From: an uncultured bacterium | Lineage (GTDB): Bacteria > Myxococcota_A > UBA796 > CAJQPC01 | Reading direction: 5' to 3' | Assembly (NCBI GenBank): GCA_905480105.1 | Contig: CAJQPC010000145.1 | Span: 7,234 to 71,233, forward strand | Length of the DNA stretch: 64,000 nucleotides | Part shown: piece by piece, positions 16,637 through 25,089 of the stretch | How the letters are laid out: each line of letters starts with the position of its first letter | How positions within the stretch are numbered: position 1 is the stretch's first letter | The notes under the pieces: generated by a model | What the model was told of the DNA's origin: nothing | Seen by the model: the letters and a program-made list of their open reading frames with translations, nothing else | Databases searched by the model: none | Made by a program: the position numbers and the translations under genes

Positions 16637-17164
16637 ATGCTTTCTATTGGTGATTCTGCGCCCAGCTTCGAGCGCCAGCCCGTCTTTGGTCTCCCCGTAC
16701 AGGTGCCCAGCAGCACGCCCTTGCTGTTGTGCTTTGTGCGTTCCCTGTCCTCACCCCTGACACGTGAGCGATTGGCACAGCTCCAGCATCGGCATGCGGA
16801 CTTTGACGTGGAGGGCATTCGGGTGGCCGTCATCACGGACTCTACCGCGGAGCTGGCCCAGGACTTTGTGCCTCGCTACCACGTGCTCTCACCGGTGATC
16901 TGCGATCCTGAACAGGCCCTCTTTGCGCAGTGGGGCGTAGGTGGCCACAGCCCGGTGCTGGGACGCCTGCGCGGCTTGGGGCTGTCCAGTATGCGCGGCG
17001 CGCTTCGGTCGCTGAAACATGGTGTGGGCCCCATTGAGATGCGCCAGCTGCGCCTGCCCGCTCAGTTCCTGATCCGGGACGGCAAGATCCTTTCGGCTCA
17101 CTATGCCCAGTCGCTCGGAGAGGACTTGGGCCTAAACGCGATGCTTACTGCGTTTAAAGCGTGA
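16637..17164 (+). CDS. peroxiredoxin-like (AhpC/TSA-type) protein lacking both redox cysteines
   Basis: IGDSAPSFE...PLLLCFVRSLSSPLTRERL...GIRVAVIT has a thioredoxin-fold layout. The position of the CxxC-type motif reads S-S-P-L-T (16748-16762). Confidence 0.55.
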   Translation: MLSIGDSAPSFERQPVFGLPVQVPSSTPLLLCFVRSLSSPLTRERLAQLQHRHADFDVEGIRVAVITDSTAELAQDFVPRYHVLSPVICDPEQALFAQWGVGGHSPVLGRLRGLGLSSMRGALRSLKHGVGPIEMRQLRLPAQFLIRDGKILSAHYAQSLGEDLGLNAMLTAFKA

Positions 17165-18075
17165 GCTTGTTGCTCCTTTTTGGGTGCACACCGATTCCCG
17201 ACCGTGCAGATCTCTTGCCAGCCGCCGTAGCGGTCTCCGCCGCGGGCGAGGACGGCCACCCCTTTAGTGTCGTGGTTCAGCTGGATGATCCCGATCACCC
17301 TCCACGTCTCCGCTACGCGGCTGGTTTACGCCGCGTAGACGGTCAGGATCCAGGTCCCGCGCTTCCGGAAGGAAAAGTTCAAGCCCAAGGCCCGGGTCAG
17401 GGCTTTGGCGTTCAGCTGGACAGCGGTCAGGTCCAGCTAAACCTCCCCTTGCGCGAGCAGCCCTTGGTTCTGGCGACCGGTGTGGCCAGCCTGCATTCTG
17501 TGGAGATGCTGCCGATATCTCAGACCACCGATGCGGCCTTGGCGCCCTACGGCGTGGTCTCAGTGGTCCTACTCGGAGAGGGCGACGCGGTAGCCGACGG
17601 CAGCTTTCAAGAGTGGCGGGGAGCCAAGGCCTTGCCTGTGGACAGCGCCGGCTATGTTTCCTCGGGTCTTGAACACTGGGAGGGGCCACGCGATGCCTCT
17701 CTTGCGGTGGTGGGCCGAGTTCGCGGCGATCGCATCGTGTTGGGCGTGCGCGTACGGGACTCGGATCTGGTCTTGGGCCAAGACAGAATTGAGCTGGAGA
17801 CGGTGGACGGTGTCGTTGTGTTGCCCATTCAGGAGAGCGGACCTTGCCCCGCTTTAGATCTCTGGTCTTGTGCGTTCACTGAGCGGGTGGACTTTGGGAC
17901 GGGACTGGAGCTTGGGGCCGACTTAGCCCTGGTCGCGGAGACAGGATTGATCCTGCGCTACATTGATGTCGATGGCGAGGACCAAGCCACAGTGCTCCAG
18001 ACGGCACCCTCCCTTCAAGCCTTGGTGGACGTTCCCGCTGCAGGCCCGCCCCCAAGAATCGCACAGGAATTTTAG
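17161..18075 (+). CDS. hypothetical lipoprotein
   Basis: GTGA overlap with the upstream gene. MSLLLLFGCTP lipobox. Confidence 0.55.
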   Translation: MSLLLLFGCTPIPDRADLLPAAVAVSAAGEDGHPFSVVVQLDDPDHPPRLRYAAGLRRVDGQDPGPALPEGKVQAQGPGQGFGVQLDSGQVQLNLPLREQPLVLATGVASLHSVEMLPISQTTDAALAPYGVVSVVLLGEGDAVADGSFQEWRGAKALPVDSAGYVSSGLEHWEGPRDASLAVVGRVRGDRIVLGVRVRDSDLVLGQDRIELETVDGVVVLPIQESGPCPALDLWSCAFTERVDFGTGLELGADLALVAETGLILRYIDVDGEDQATVLQTAPSLQALVDVPAAGPPPRIAQEF

Positions 18076-18492
18076 ATGCAGCCCTCTTATATTACCTTGT
18101 CCTGCCCAAATCTAAAAGTTGTACGCGCATTCTACGAGGCGATGGGGCTGGTTGCATCGGACAAGAGCAACGACAAGGTGGTCTTCTTTGGGCTGGATGG
18201 GCTGATCCTCTCACTCTACGGGGTTCATGCCCTGGCGAAGGATGCGGGAGTGCCTGTCTCTGCGGACTTGGGAACGGCACGAATGACGCTGGCCCACAAC
18301 GTGCGGCACAAGGAGGACGTGCAGCTCCTCTTAGACAAGGCCCATGCGGCGGGCGGCCGCGTCAGTGTGCCGGCCAGCGATGTGGGTTGGGGCGGTCAAC
18401 GCGGGTACTTTGTGGACCCGGCTGGGCACGCGTGGGAGGTGGTTTGGAATCCCTTCCTGGAGTGGGACTCGGATGGGCGCCCGGTGCTTTAG
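18076..18492 (+). CDS. VOC (glyoxalase/bleomycin-resistance) family protein
   Basis: ATG immediately follows the upstream TAG. Typical ...RGYFVDPAGHAWEVVWNP C-terminal motif. Confidence 0.8.
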   Translation: MQPSYITLSCPNLKVVRAFYEAMGLVASDKSNDKVVFFGLDGLILSLYGVHALAKDAGVPVSADLGTARMTLAHNVRHKEDVQLLLDKAHAAGGRVSVPASDVGWGGQRGYFVDPAGHAWEVVWNPFLEWDSDGRPVL

Positions 18493-18624
18493 CGACTCGC
18501 TTTCGGGAGTTTTGCCCAAGAAAAAACGATGGACAGGCCCGAGGTTTTGGCGATGCCAATTACAGGTAGGTCGGGCCAGGCGAAGGGCCGAAAACTGAGT
18601 TGATTCGTCCCGTCTATCCGTTTC

Positions 18625-19539
18625 TCAAAGCGGCCCAAACAGCTTGCCACCACCCGCTGGGGCAAACAACAATAGCCCCATCGCCAACAGTGCATACACA
18701 ACACAGATCACCAAGATCGGCTTGTCGGTGAGGAGCACCTTGGAGGGGTCGCCAGTCTTGCCCTGTTGCACCAGGTACATGTAGCGAAAGACTGCGTACA
18801 AAGGCAGGGGGAAGGTGAGCAGCAACCACGGCGTAGGGGAGCCCAGCACAGTGTACAGGGCGTAGGATATGATGGTGCCCGAAGAGGTGACCCCTTGGAT
18901 CTCCTCGAGCAGGTTTGTACTGTAGTGCTGTAGGCTCTTTCTCTGGCCGCCGTCTCCGACGGAGAGCAGTTCGCCTCGGCGCTTATTAAAACCAAGGAAC
19001 AAGGCCAAAAATCCAGCACACAGAAGCAGCCATGGAGAGATGGGCACATCGATGGCGACGGCCCCGGCGACTGCGCGCAGCAAGAACCCAGCGGCAATCA
19101 TCATGATGTCCAGGATGACCTGGTGCTTGCCCCACACACTGTAGGACATGGTGTTGAGCCAGTACACACCTGCGATGAGCGCGAACCAGGGGTTTAGGAA
19201 GAACCCGGCGCCTAAGCCGATCAATAAAGACAACCCACCCAGGACCCAGGCAGCCTTTACCGGCAAGGCGCCGGAGGCAATGGCCCGGAATTTCTTCTCC
19301 GGGTGCAGGGCGTCCGCATCCCTGTCCATCAGATCGTTGAAGATGTATCCGCTGGAGCTGGTCAGGCAAAAGGCACCAAAGCCCCACATGGCGAGCAGTA
19401 CACTGTCGACATTGACAAACTCTACGGAGAAGATCAGCGCGGCCATGAGCAAGACGTTCTTGGTCCACTGCTTGGGACGAAGGGCCTGTAGGGCGGCTAT
19501 TGGCAAGCGAACGATAGGGGAAGCAGGGGTCTCGGTCAC
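18625..19539 (-). CDS. UbiA-family prenyltransferase, decaprenyl-phosphate phosphoribosyltransferase-like
   Basis: RPKQWTKNVLLMAALIF and NDLMDRDADALHPEKKFRAIASG motifs. About 8 TM segments. GTGA overlap with the upstream kinase gene. Confidence 0.8.
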   Translation of the reverse strand: MTETPASPIVRLPIAALQALRPKQWTKNVLLMAALIFSVEFVNVDSVLLAMWGFGAFCLTSSSGYIFNDLMDRDADALHPEKKFRAIASGALPVKAAWVLGGLSLLIGLGAGFFLNPWFALIAGVYWLNTMSYSVWGKHQVILDIMMIAAGFLLRAVAGAVAIDVPISPWLLLCAGFLALFLGFNKRRGELLSVGDGGQRKSLQHYSTNLLEEIQGVTSSGTIISYALYTVLGSPTPWLLLTFPLPLYAVFRYMYLVQQGKTGDPSKVLLTDKPILVICVVYALLAMGLLLFAPAGGGKLFGPL

Positions 19540-21554
19540 TTGTTCTTCTTGATCTGTATCAGCTGAAAGTCCAGAACGCGCTCCTCGTTGTGGTCGAGGC
19601 TGACGGTCTGTTCGACGGGTGTGTGGTCGGGCAAACTAACCCGGAGCTGCACTGGCTCGCCTGCACGAAGAGTCAAGGGTGTGGAGCCCTTGTCTGCCAG
19701 GGGTACTGGCCGACCGTCCTTTTGTAGGGTGGCGCCCTGGGGCACCGTGACCAAGAGACGGGGCTCCATTTTTAAAGGCGCGGTGCTGGCTAGGGGCTCA
19801 TAGTTGTAGGCGTCGATGAGCACGCCGGTGAGCACGCCGCCCAAAAAGCCGATCGCTACACCTGCAACTCCGAAGATGGCGACTAGGGCTTGGGTGCGCC
19901 TCCCCATGCGCGGTGCGGGTGCTGCAGGGGCGCTCGCTCTTGGCTTGGAGGGCCGGGACTGTGGGGGCTCCTGCTGGGGGGGGGCTGCCTGGGGTCGGGC
20001 GGGTGCCTGTTGTGTCGGCTGGGGGGGCCTGGGCGGCCGGGGCCTGGGCTCGTTGCGTGTTGGCTCGTCCAGCTCAAGCTCTAGTAGCTCTTCGGTGTCC
20101 TGGCGGCTGATCGGGGCTGGGACGCTGGGTCGGATGACAGTGGGGTTGTCGTCGGCCCAAGCGGGGGAGGCTCGGCGGATCTCCGTACGGCTCGAGGCGT
20201 TCATCAGAGCATTGCCCTTGGACGGGAGCATGGTGCTCTCGTCTAAGGGGTCAGCCATTGGGCCGAAGTTCCGGCTCGGGTCCGGATCCCGATCCATGGG
20301 ATCGGGCAGGATGATCTCGGCAGCGGTCTCTGTGGCTTCTTCTAATTCTGAGGTCAGGCTGGCCAGGCTGACGGAGTTCAGGCTGATGTAGCTGTCCTCG
20401 TCGTCTGGCTGGGGACCAAAGCTGACCCGGGCAGCATTCTCCTTGGCGCCTGGAATTGGCTCTGGCATGGCCTTGGGTCTTTTCTTGGTGATCTGAGTCG
20501 ACTGTTCATCTGGTGAGTCTGCCAGCGCCAGAGAGTCCATCGGCTGGGGGATGGGCATGGGCAGGGTGTGTTGGTCCTTGAGCTCCAAAGCCTTGGCACG
20601 GCGCCGAGCGCTGGATTCTGGAAACAGGCCCTTCAGGAAAGCGGCCAGCGTGCTGTGGCTGAAGATAAAGCCAGCGTCGTGGAAGAACTTGGTCAGCGCC
20701 TCTTTGAACTCGGTGGCCGTCTGGTAGCGCTCGTTGGGGTCCAGGGCCAAGGCCCGATTTAGCACGAGCTCCAGGCTGTAAGGTACGTCTTGATTGGCGA
20801 TTGTGGGCGCGGTGTATTCGCCGGTCTTGATGGTGGCGAGAGTCTTTAGATCGCCTCCCTGCCGGAAGGGATGCACCCCACAGAGCATCTCGTAGAGCAG
20901 CACGCCTGCGGTGAAGAGATCGGTGCGCGGGTCCAGCTGCTGGCCAATGGCTTGTTCGGGGCTCAGGTAGTCGAACTGGCCCTTGATCTTGCCAGATCCG
21001 GTCTCCAGAGCCTTGACCCGTGCCTTGGCGATGCCAAAGTCAGTGAGCTTTACTTCCCCTTGGAAGGACAGCAGCACGTTGGAGGGCGAGACGTCCCGGT
21101 GCACGATGTCCAGGGGCATGGGTGTCTTACCGCGCATGATTTGGCGGTTGTGGGCGTACTCCAGACCTTTGAGAACCTCGATGAGGATGAACACGCTGTG
21201 GGGAACTGGCAGGGTGATGCCGCGCTTGTTGCAGCGTGCGATCACTCGGCCCAGGTCGCGGCCGTTCACGTACTCCATGGCCACGTAGTACTGGCCGGAT
21301 ACCTCTCCCAGGTCCAGGATCTGCACGATGTTCGCGTGGCTGAGCAGGCCGGCTACCTTGGCCTCGTCTACAAGGAGGTCAATGTATTCCTTGTTCTGGG
21401 ACAGAGAGGGGAGGATTCGCTTGATTGCGAAGAGTCGATTGAACCCCCCAATCCCCTCCATGCGAGCTTTGTAGATCTCGGCCATGCCGCCTTGGGCGAC
21501 GCGCTCCAAGATCTGGTACTTGCCGAAGTGCTCGATGGGTTGGGGCTGGGCCAC
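19536..21554 (-). CDS. Ser/Thr protein kinase with Pro-rich linker, TM segment and PEGA-like C-terminal domain
   Basis: Gly-loop region ILERVAQGGMAEIYKA, catalytic loop HRDVSPSNVLL, DFGIAKA. Pro/Gln-rich low-complexity stretch. TM helix ALVAIFGVAGVAIGFLGGVLTGVLI. Confidence 0.9.
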   Translation of the reverse strand: MAQPQPIEHFGKYQILERVAQGGMAEIYKARMEGIGGFNRLFAIKRILPSLSQNKEYIDLLVDEAKVAGLLSHANIVQILDLGEVSGQYYVAMEYVNGRDLGRVIARCNKRGITLPVPHSVFILIEVLKGLEYAHNRQIMRGKTPMPLDIVHRDVSPSNVLLSFQGEVKLTDFGIAKARVKALETGSGKIKGQFDYLSPEQAIGQQLDPRTDLFTAGVLLYEMLCGVHPFRQGGDLKTLATIKTGEYTAPTIANQDVPYSLELVLNRALALDPNERYQTATEFKEALTKFFHDAGFIFSHSTLAAFLKGLFPESSARRRAKALELKDQHTLPMPIPQPMDSLALADSPDEQSTQITKKRPKAMPEPIPGAKENAARVSFGPQPDDEDSYISLNSVSLASLTSELEEATETAAEIILPDPMDRDPDPSRNFGPMADPLDESTMLPSKGNALMNASSRTEIRRASPAWADDNPTVIRPSVPAPISRQDTEELLELELDEPTRNEPRPRPPRPPQPTQQAPARPQAAPPQQEPPQSRPSKPRASAPAAPAPRMGRRTQALVAIFGVAGVAIGFLGGVLTGVLIDAYNYEPLASTAPLKMEPRLLVTVPQGATLQKDGRPVPLADKGSTPLTLRAGEPVQLRVSLPDHTPVEQTVSLDHNEERVLDFQLIQIKKNK

Positions 21555-21584
21555 TTCAGGTTCCGCGTGGTGGGGGCGTTCAGT

Positions 21585-21914
21585 CTACTCTCCGCAGACG
21601 AACTCGCAGGTGTTGGGCCAGCGGCCGGCGTAGAAGTCTTGGCAACTCAGGGCCTCTGTGTCCTGGACGCATGCCTGGGCAGAGGTGCTATCAAAGCTGC
21701 ACTCCTCGGATGTCTCCTGCTCGTCGCGCTCGTCGATGCAGGTGCCCTCGTCCTCCCAGAGAAGATTCTCCTGCTGTGCTGCGTCGTAGCACTCAAAGGT
21801 CTTGGCGCACATCGCTTGGGTATAGTCGGCCTCGTAGTCCGCCTCGTTGTAGCAGGCGGTCAGTGCGAGCAGCGCCAAGGCAACCAGAGGGCGGCTGTAA
21901 GAGCTTTCGGACAT
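21585..21914 (-). CDS. small Cys-rich lipoprotein
   Basis: LVALALLALTAC lipobox. Nine further Cys in about 85 mature residues. Acidic. Confidence 0.55.
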   Translation of the reverse strand: MSESSYSRPLVALALLALTACYNEADYEADYTQAMCAKTFECYDAAQQENLLWEDEGTCIDERDEQETSEECSFDSTSAQACVQDTEALSCQDFYAGRWPNTCEFVCGE

Positions 21915-21965
21915 GGTGCTCCTCCGAGCATCGTGGACTTGGCACAGGCCACGTGGCGCAGGGTA

Positions 21966-22373
21966 TCAGGCTTGCCAGCTTCGTCGCTCGGACTGTTCTG
22001 CAGAAGTCTTGCAGTCGATGCACTGGCTGGCGACGGGGCGCGCGAGCTGTCGTTTGTACCCGATGGGCTCTCCACACTCTTCGCAGCTGCCGTATTCGCC
22101 TTCAAACATGCGGGATTGGGCCGTCTGGATCTTCTTGAGCATCAGGCGGTCTCGGTCAGCCAATCGCAGGGAGAATCCACGGTCTGACTCGTTAGAGGCC
22201 TGGTCTACCGCGTCGGCGTCTACCTCGCGCTGGTCGGTGAGGTGGGAGATGTTCTGGCGGTTGGCGTTTAGAAGCAGCTCGGCCTGAGCTTGGAGCACAC
22301 CGTGGAGGTGCATCAGCTCCTCTCGGCTCAGGTACTCGTCGTCGGGCAGCGGGATTTTTTCGTCGGCAGACAT
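21966..22373 (-). CDS. dksA: DksA/TraR-family RNA polymerase-binding zinc-finger protein (paralog A)
   Basis: ATG at 22373 (MSADEKIPLPDDEYL...), 135 aa. DxxDxA tip motif (DAVDQA). CxxC-x17-CxxC (CEEC...CIDC). The rest of the 455-aa ORF is a GC-driven extension. Confidence 0.85.
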   Translation of the reverse strand: MSADEKIPLPDDEYLSREELMHLHGVLQAQAELLLNANRQNISHLTDQREVDADAVDQASNESDRGFSLRLADRDRLMLKKIQTAQSRMFEGEYGSCEECGEPIGYKRQLARPVASQCIDCKTSAEQSERRSWQA

Positions 22374-22523
22374 AACTTGCTCCAAGTCGGGGCGGGGAGC
22401 CCCGGCGCCGCGGACAATGCCCACCTGAAACCTTCCCGTCAAGGACGAATTTTTTTCAGTTTCGGGATATGTGCTAACTGTCTGGTACGTACCTATGTCC
22501 GACACCTTGTAGAAGGAGGCGCC

Positions 22524-22931
22524 ATGAGTTCTGATATTAGTGACCTTCCGCCCGCCGATGAGTACCTGAGCGAAGAGGAGGTTGTGCATCTGCGCAGCGT
22601 TCTTCGTGAACAGATTAAGCTGCTGATCGACCGCTCCCGCAACAACCTCGGTGATCTCACGGAGGAGCAGAGTGCCGACGGCGATCAGGTCGATGTGGCG
22701 GCCAGTGAATCTGAGCGCGGACACCGACTGCGGTTTGCTGAACGTGAGCGCAAGATGGTCGGTAAGATCCAGTCCGCTTTGGAGCGCGTCGCGGAGGGTG
22801 AGTACGGCATGTGCAGTGAGTGCGGTGGCCCTATTGGCCACAAGCGTCTGATGGCACGTCCTGTCGCGACCCAGTGCATCGACTGCAAGACCATGGCTGA
22901 GCGTCACGAAACACGCAGTTGGGGAAGTTGA
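22524..22931 (+). CDS. dksA: DksA/TraR-family RNA polymerase-binding zinc-finger protein (paralog B)
   Basis: ATG at 22524 preceded by AGGAGG (22514-22519). 135 aa. DQVDVA tip motif. CSEC...CIDC zinc finger. Confidence 0.85.
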   Translation: MSSDISDLPPADEYLSEEEVVHLRSVLREQIKLLIDRSRNNLGDLTEEQSADGDQVDVAASESERGHRLRFAERERKMVGKIQSALERVAEGEYGMCSECGGPIGHKRLMARPVATQCIDCKTMAERHETRSWGS

Positions 22932-23302
22932 GGGAGGAACCCTTGTAGAGGCTCGTCGCCCCATCTTCTGACCCCCAGGATCAGCCCGACAACACCTGGG
23001 GTGCCCTTGCCTTCCGCCCTGGTTTGCGTCGTACGGTCGCAGCCCGATGGAGGCAGCGGATCCCCGCCACCCAAAGGCGCAAAGTCGTCGTAGAGCCTGG
23101 AATTGGCGGTGTCGGGTTCCAGGGGGCCTACGTGCGGCTTGGTTCTTGGGCACGACGAAAGGCGGACTGCTCCTGTGCGCCGCATGCACGCTGCGGAGCG
23201 GAGGCACGTCAGTCTGGGGCGTTCCGGCGAAACAGGGGCAGGTAGAGCAGGAAGACCATCGCTCTGAGTGTACTCTCGCCCGCGATCCGCTATGGTAGTT
23301 CC

Positions 23303-23485
23303 ATGCTCCGCTCTTCGAGACAGCACCTGACACGAGAGCGCCGCGGCGGTCAGTCCGTGGTCGAGTATCTGCTCGGCATCAGCGTGATAGTCGTCGGCTT
23401 GGCCACTGGCTTTCTGATTCTGACCGACAGTGTGTCCTTGACCTTCCAGAACGCCAGCGACGTGGTCGTACGGCCCTTTCCTTGA
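23303..23485 (+). CDS. Flp-family type IVb prepilin
   Basis: 60 aa. Leader ...RERRGG followed by QSVVEYLLGISVIVVGLATGFLIL (G/xxxxEY Flp motif plus hydrophobic helix). Confidence 0.8.
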   Translation: MLRSSRQHLTRERRGGQSVVEYLLGISVIVVGLATGFLILTDSVSLTFQNASDVVVRPFP

Positions 23486-23494
23486 GCGCTCGCT

Positions 23495-24022
23495 TTGACT
23501 GAGTTGCTGGCCCAGGTCCAGTTCCAAGAAGCGCTCGTGTCCCTGACCCTGATCGCGGCCATCGCTACCGATTTGAAATATCAAAAGATATTTAACAAGC
23601 TGACTTTTCCGATCATGGCTATCGGCAGTTCTTGGTGGATCATACAGGGCCAGCCTTGGTTTGGGCTCCAGGGCTTGGCTGTTGGGTTTGGCATGACGTT
23701 TCCGGCCTTCGCCTTGGGCCGAACGCTGCGCGCTGGCGACGCCAAGCTAATGATGGCTGTCGGCGCGTTGTTAGGACCCGGCATCAACTTTCGGGCTTGC
23801 TTGATGATGTACCTGATCAGTATTCCCTTCGGCCTGACGGTTTTGGCCTACAAGGGCCGCCTGGGCAACCTGCTGCCGGCCCTTCGCGCCGGGATCGGCC
23901 GGGCCACCGGTCAGCAGGTCAAGGACGTTCCAACAACGGTAGTGGCTTACGCCCCTGTCATTGGGGTGGCTGTTGGCTTGGTCTACTTCACCGATTGGCT
24001 CACCTTCTGGGGGCCCCTGTGA
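23495..24022 (+). CDS. A24-family prepilin peptidase (CpaA/TadV-like)
   Basis: TTG start. Two conserved Asp contexts (IATDLKYQKI and RAGDAKLMMAVGALLG). Multi-TM. Confidence 0.8.
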   Translation: MTELLAQVQFQEALVSLTLIAAIATDLKYQKIFNKLTFPIMAIGSSWWIIQGQPWFGLQGLAVGFGMTFPAFALGRTLRAGDAKLMMAVGALLGPGINFRACLMMYLISIPFGLTVLAYKGRLGNLLPALRAGIGRATGQQVKDVPTTVVAYAPVIGVAVGLVYFTDWLTFWGPL

Positions 24023-24210
24023 ATCGCCTACAGCGAAGCGCTCAGTCCACTGTAGAGGCCATGCTTGCCATGTCCGTTCTGACCGTTGCCATCGCGGCTG
24101 CTGCCTATGTGCTTATTGGCCCCTTGGACGTGGGTGTGACGGCCATGGATCAAGACATGCGCATCGTGTTGGATGACGCCCGCCCAGCCTCTACTTCCGG
24201 CAGGCGTTAG
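24019..24210 (+). CDS. second Flp-like / TadE-like minor pilin candidate
   Basis: GTG at 24019 overlaps the CpaA stop (GTGA). N-terminus RSAQSTVEAMLAMSVLTVAIAAAAYVL parallels the Flp motif, but with Ala in place of the cleavage-site Gly and of Tyr. Confidence 0.45.
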   Translation: MNRLQRSAQSTVEAMLAMSVLTVAIAAAAYVLIGPLDVGVTAMDQDMRIVLDDARPASTSGRR

Positions 24211-24276
24211 GGGTCCGCAAGTGCACCCCAAACCCCGCGCGTGCTTCTCGGCTGCTATTCTGGACACATCTAAGAG

Positions 24277-25089
24277 GTGGGCGTGAAGAACCCCAAATCC
24301 TTTATCGCTGCGTTGATCACTGCGTTGCTCTTTACCCTGGTCCAGTGCCGCTACGTGCACCACCGGGAACAGGGGCTTCTCTTTGACGGCGAACTAATGG
24401 TTACGCTGGTTGCGAATCGAGACATCCCGGCCAACTACAAGTTGGACGAGACCATGTTTGACTTGGTTGAGGTGCCCCGCAAGTGGCGACAGCCTCAGGC
24501 GGTCGCCGACGTGGACGAGGTGCTTGGTCAGATCAGCTCCAACCCCATTTTGGATGGGGAACAGGTGCTCGCCACCAAGCTGGTCAAGCCGGACGAGGCT
24601 GGATTGGCCTTTTACGTGCCCCCGCGAATGCGCGGTGTGAGCATAGCGGTCGACGAGTTCAATGCGGTGGGCGGACACGTCAAACCGGGTACCTACGTGG
24701 ACATCGTGGGCACTTTTGACTTTGGCGACGGCGACAAGGCCGACGTACGCACCGTGACGCTCTTCCAGAACGTGTATGTGCTGGCGGTTGGAGACGATAT
24801 TGGTCAACCCCAAGCGGTGACCACTGTGGATGGCGAGGAAGAAGTGTACGAGCCGGGTGGCTTGGGCGAGGGGCGCACGGTCACTTTGGCGGTCTACCCC
24901 GACGAAGCTCAAAAGCTGGTGATGGCACAAGATTTGGGCGCCCTGACCCTGACCTTGCGCTCCCTTTGGGAGAAGGAAAAGGCTCTGGATCTCGAGCACG
25001 CCACTATCCACAACACCCTTGGCATTCCCCAACGCGTGCGCACCCGCACTCGGGCCCGCTGGGAAGTCATCCGTACGGGAGGATTTTGA
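24277..25089 (+). CDS. CpaB/RcpC-family Flp pilus assembly protein
   Basis: N-terminal TM followed by SAF-like and RcpC-like regions (VPPRMRGVSIAVDEFNAVGGHVKPGTYVDIVGTF). Start may be the GTG at 24283. Confidence 0.8.
   Translation: MGVKNPKSFIAALITALLFTLVQCRYVHHREQGLLFDGELMVTLVANRDIPANYKLDETMFDLVEVPRKWRQPQAVADVDEVLGQISSNPILDGEQVLATKLVKPDEAGLAFYVPPRMRGVSIAVDEFNAVGGHVKPGTYVDIVGTFDFGDGDKADVRTVTLFQNVYVLAVGDDIGQPQAVTTVDGEEEVYEPGGLGEGRTVTLAVYPDEAQKLVMAQDLGALTLTLRSLWEKEKALDLEHATIHNTLGIPQRVRTRTRARWEVIRTGGF

Noticed and set aside
21913-22894. Apparently conserved antisense ORFs inside both dksA genes (LQSMHW.ATGRA...PYSPS...RSRSANR..PRSDSL).
   Set aside because: The similarity follows automatically from the two sense genes being paralogs. 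There is no independent coding evidence.
22374-23333. Upstream 320 codons of the 455-aa ORF 21966..23333 (-).
   Set aside because: Only the last 135 codons look like a protein (DksA). The rest runs antisense through the second dksA gene and the Flp promoter region, with Arg/Pro-rich junk translation.
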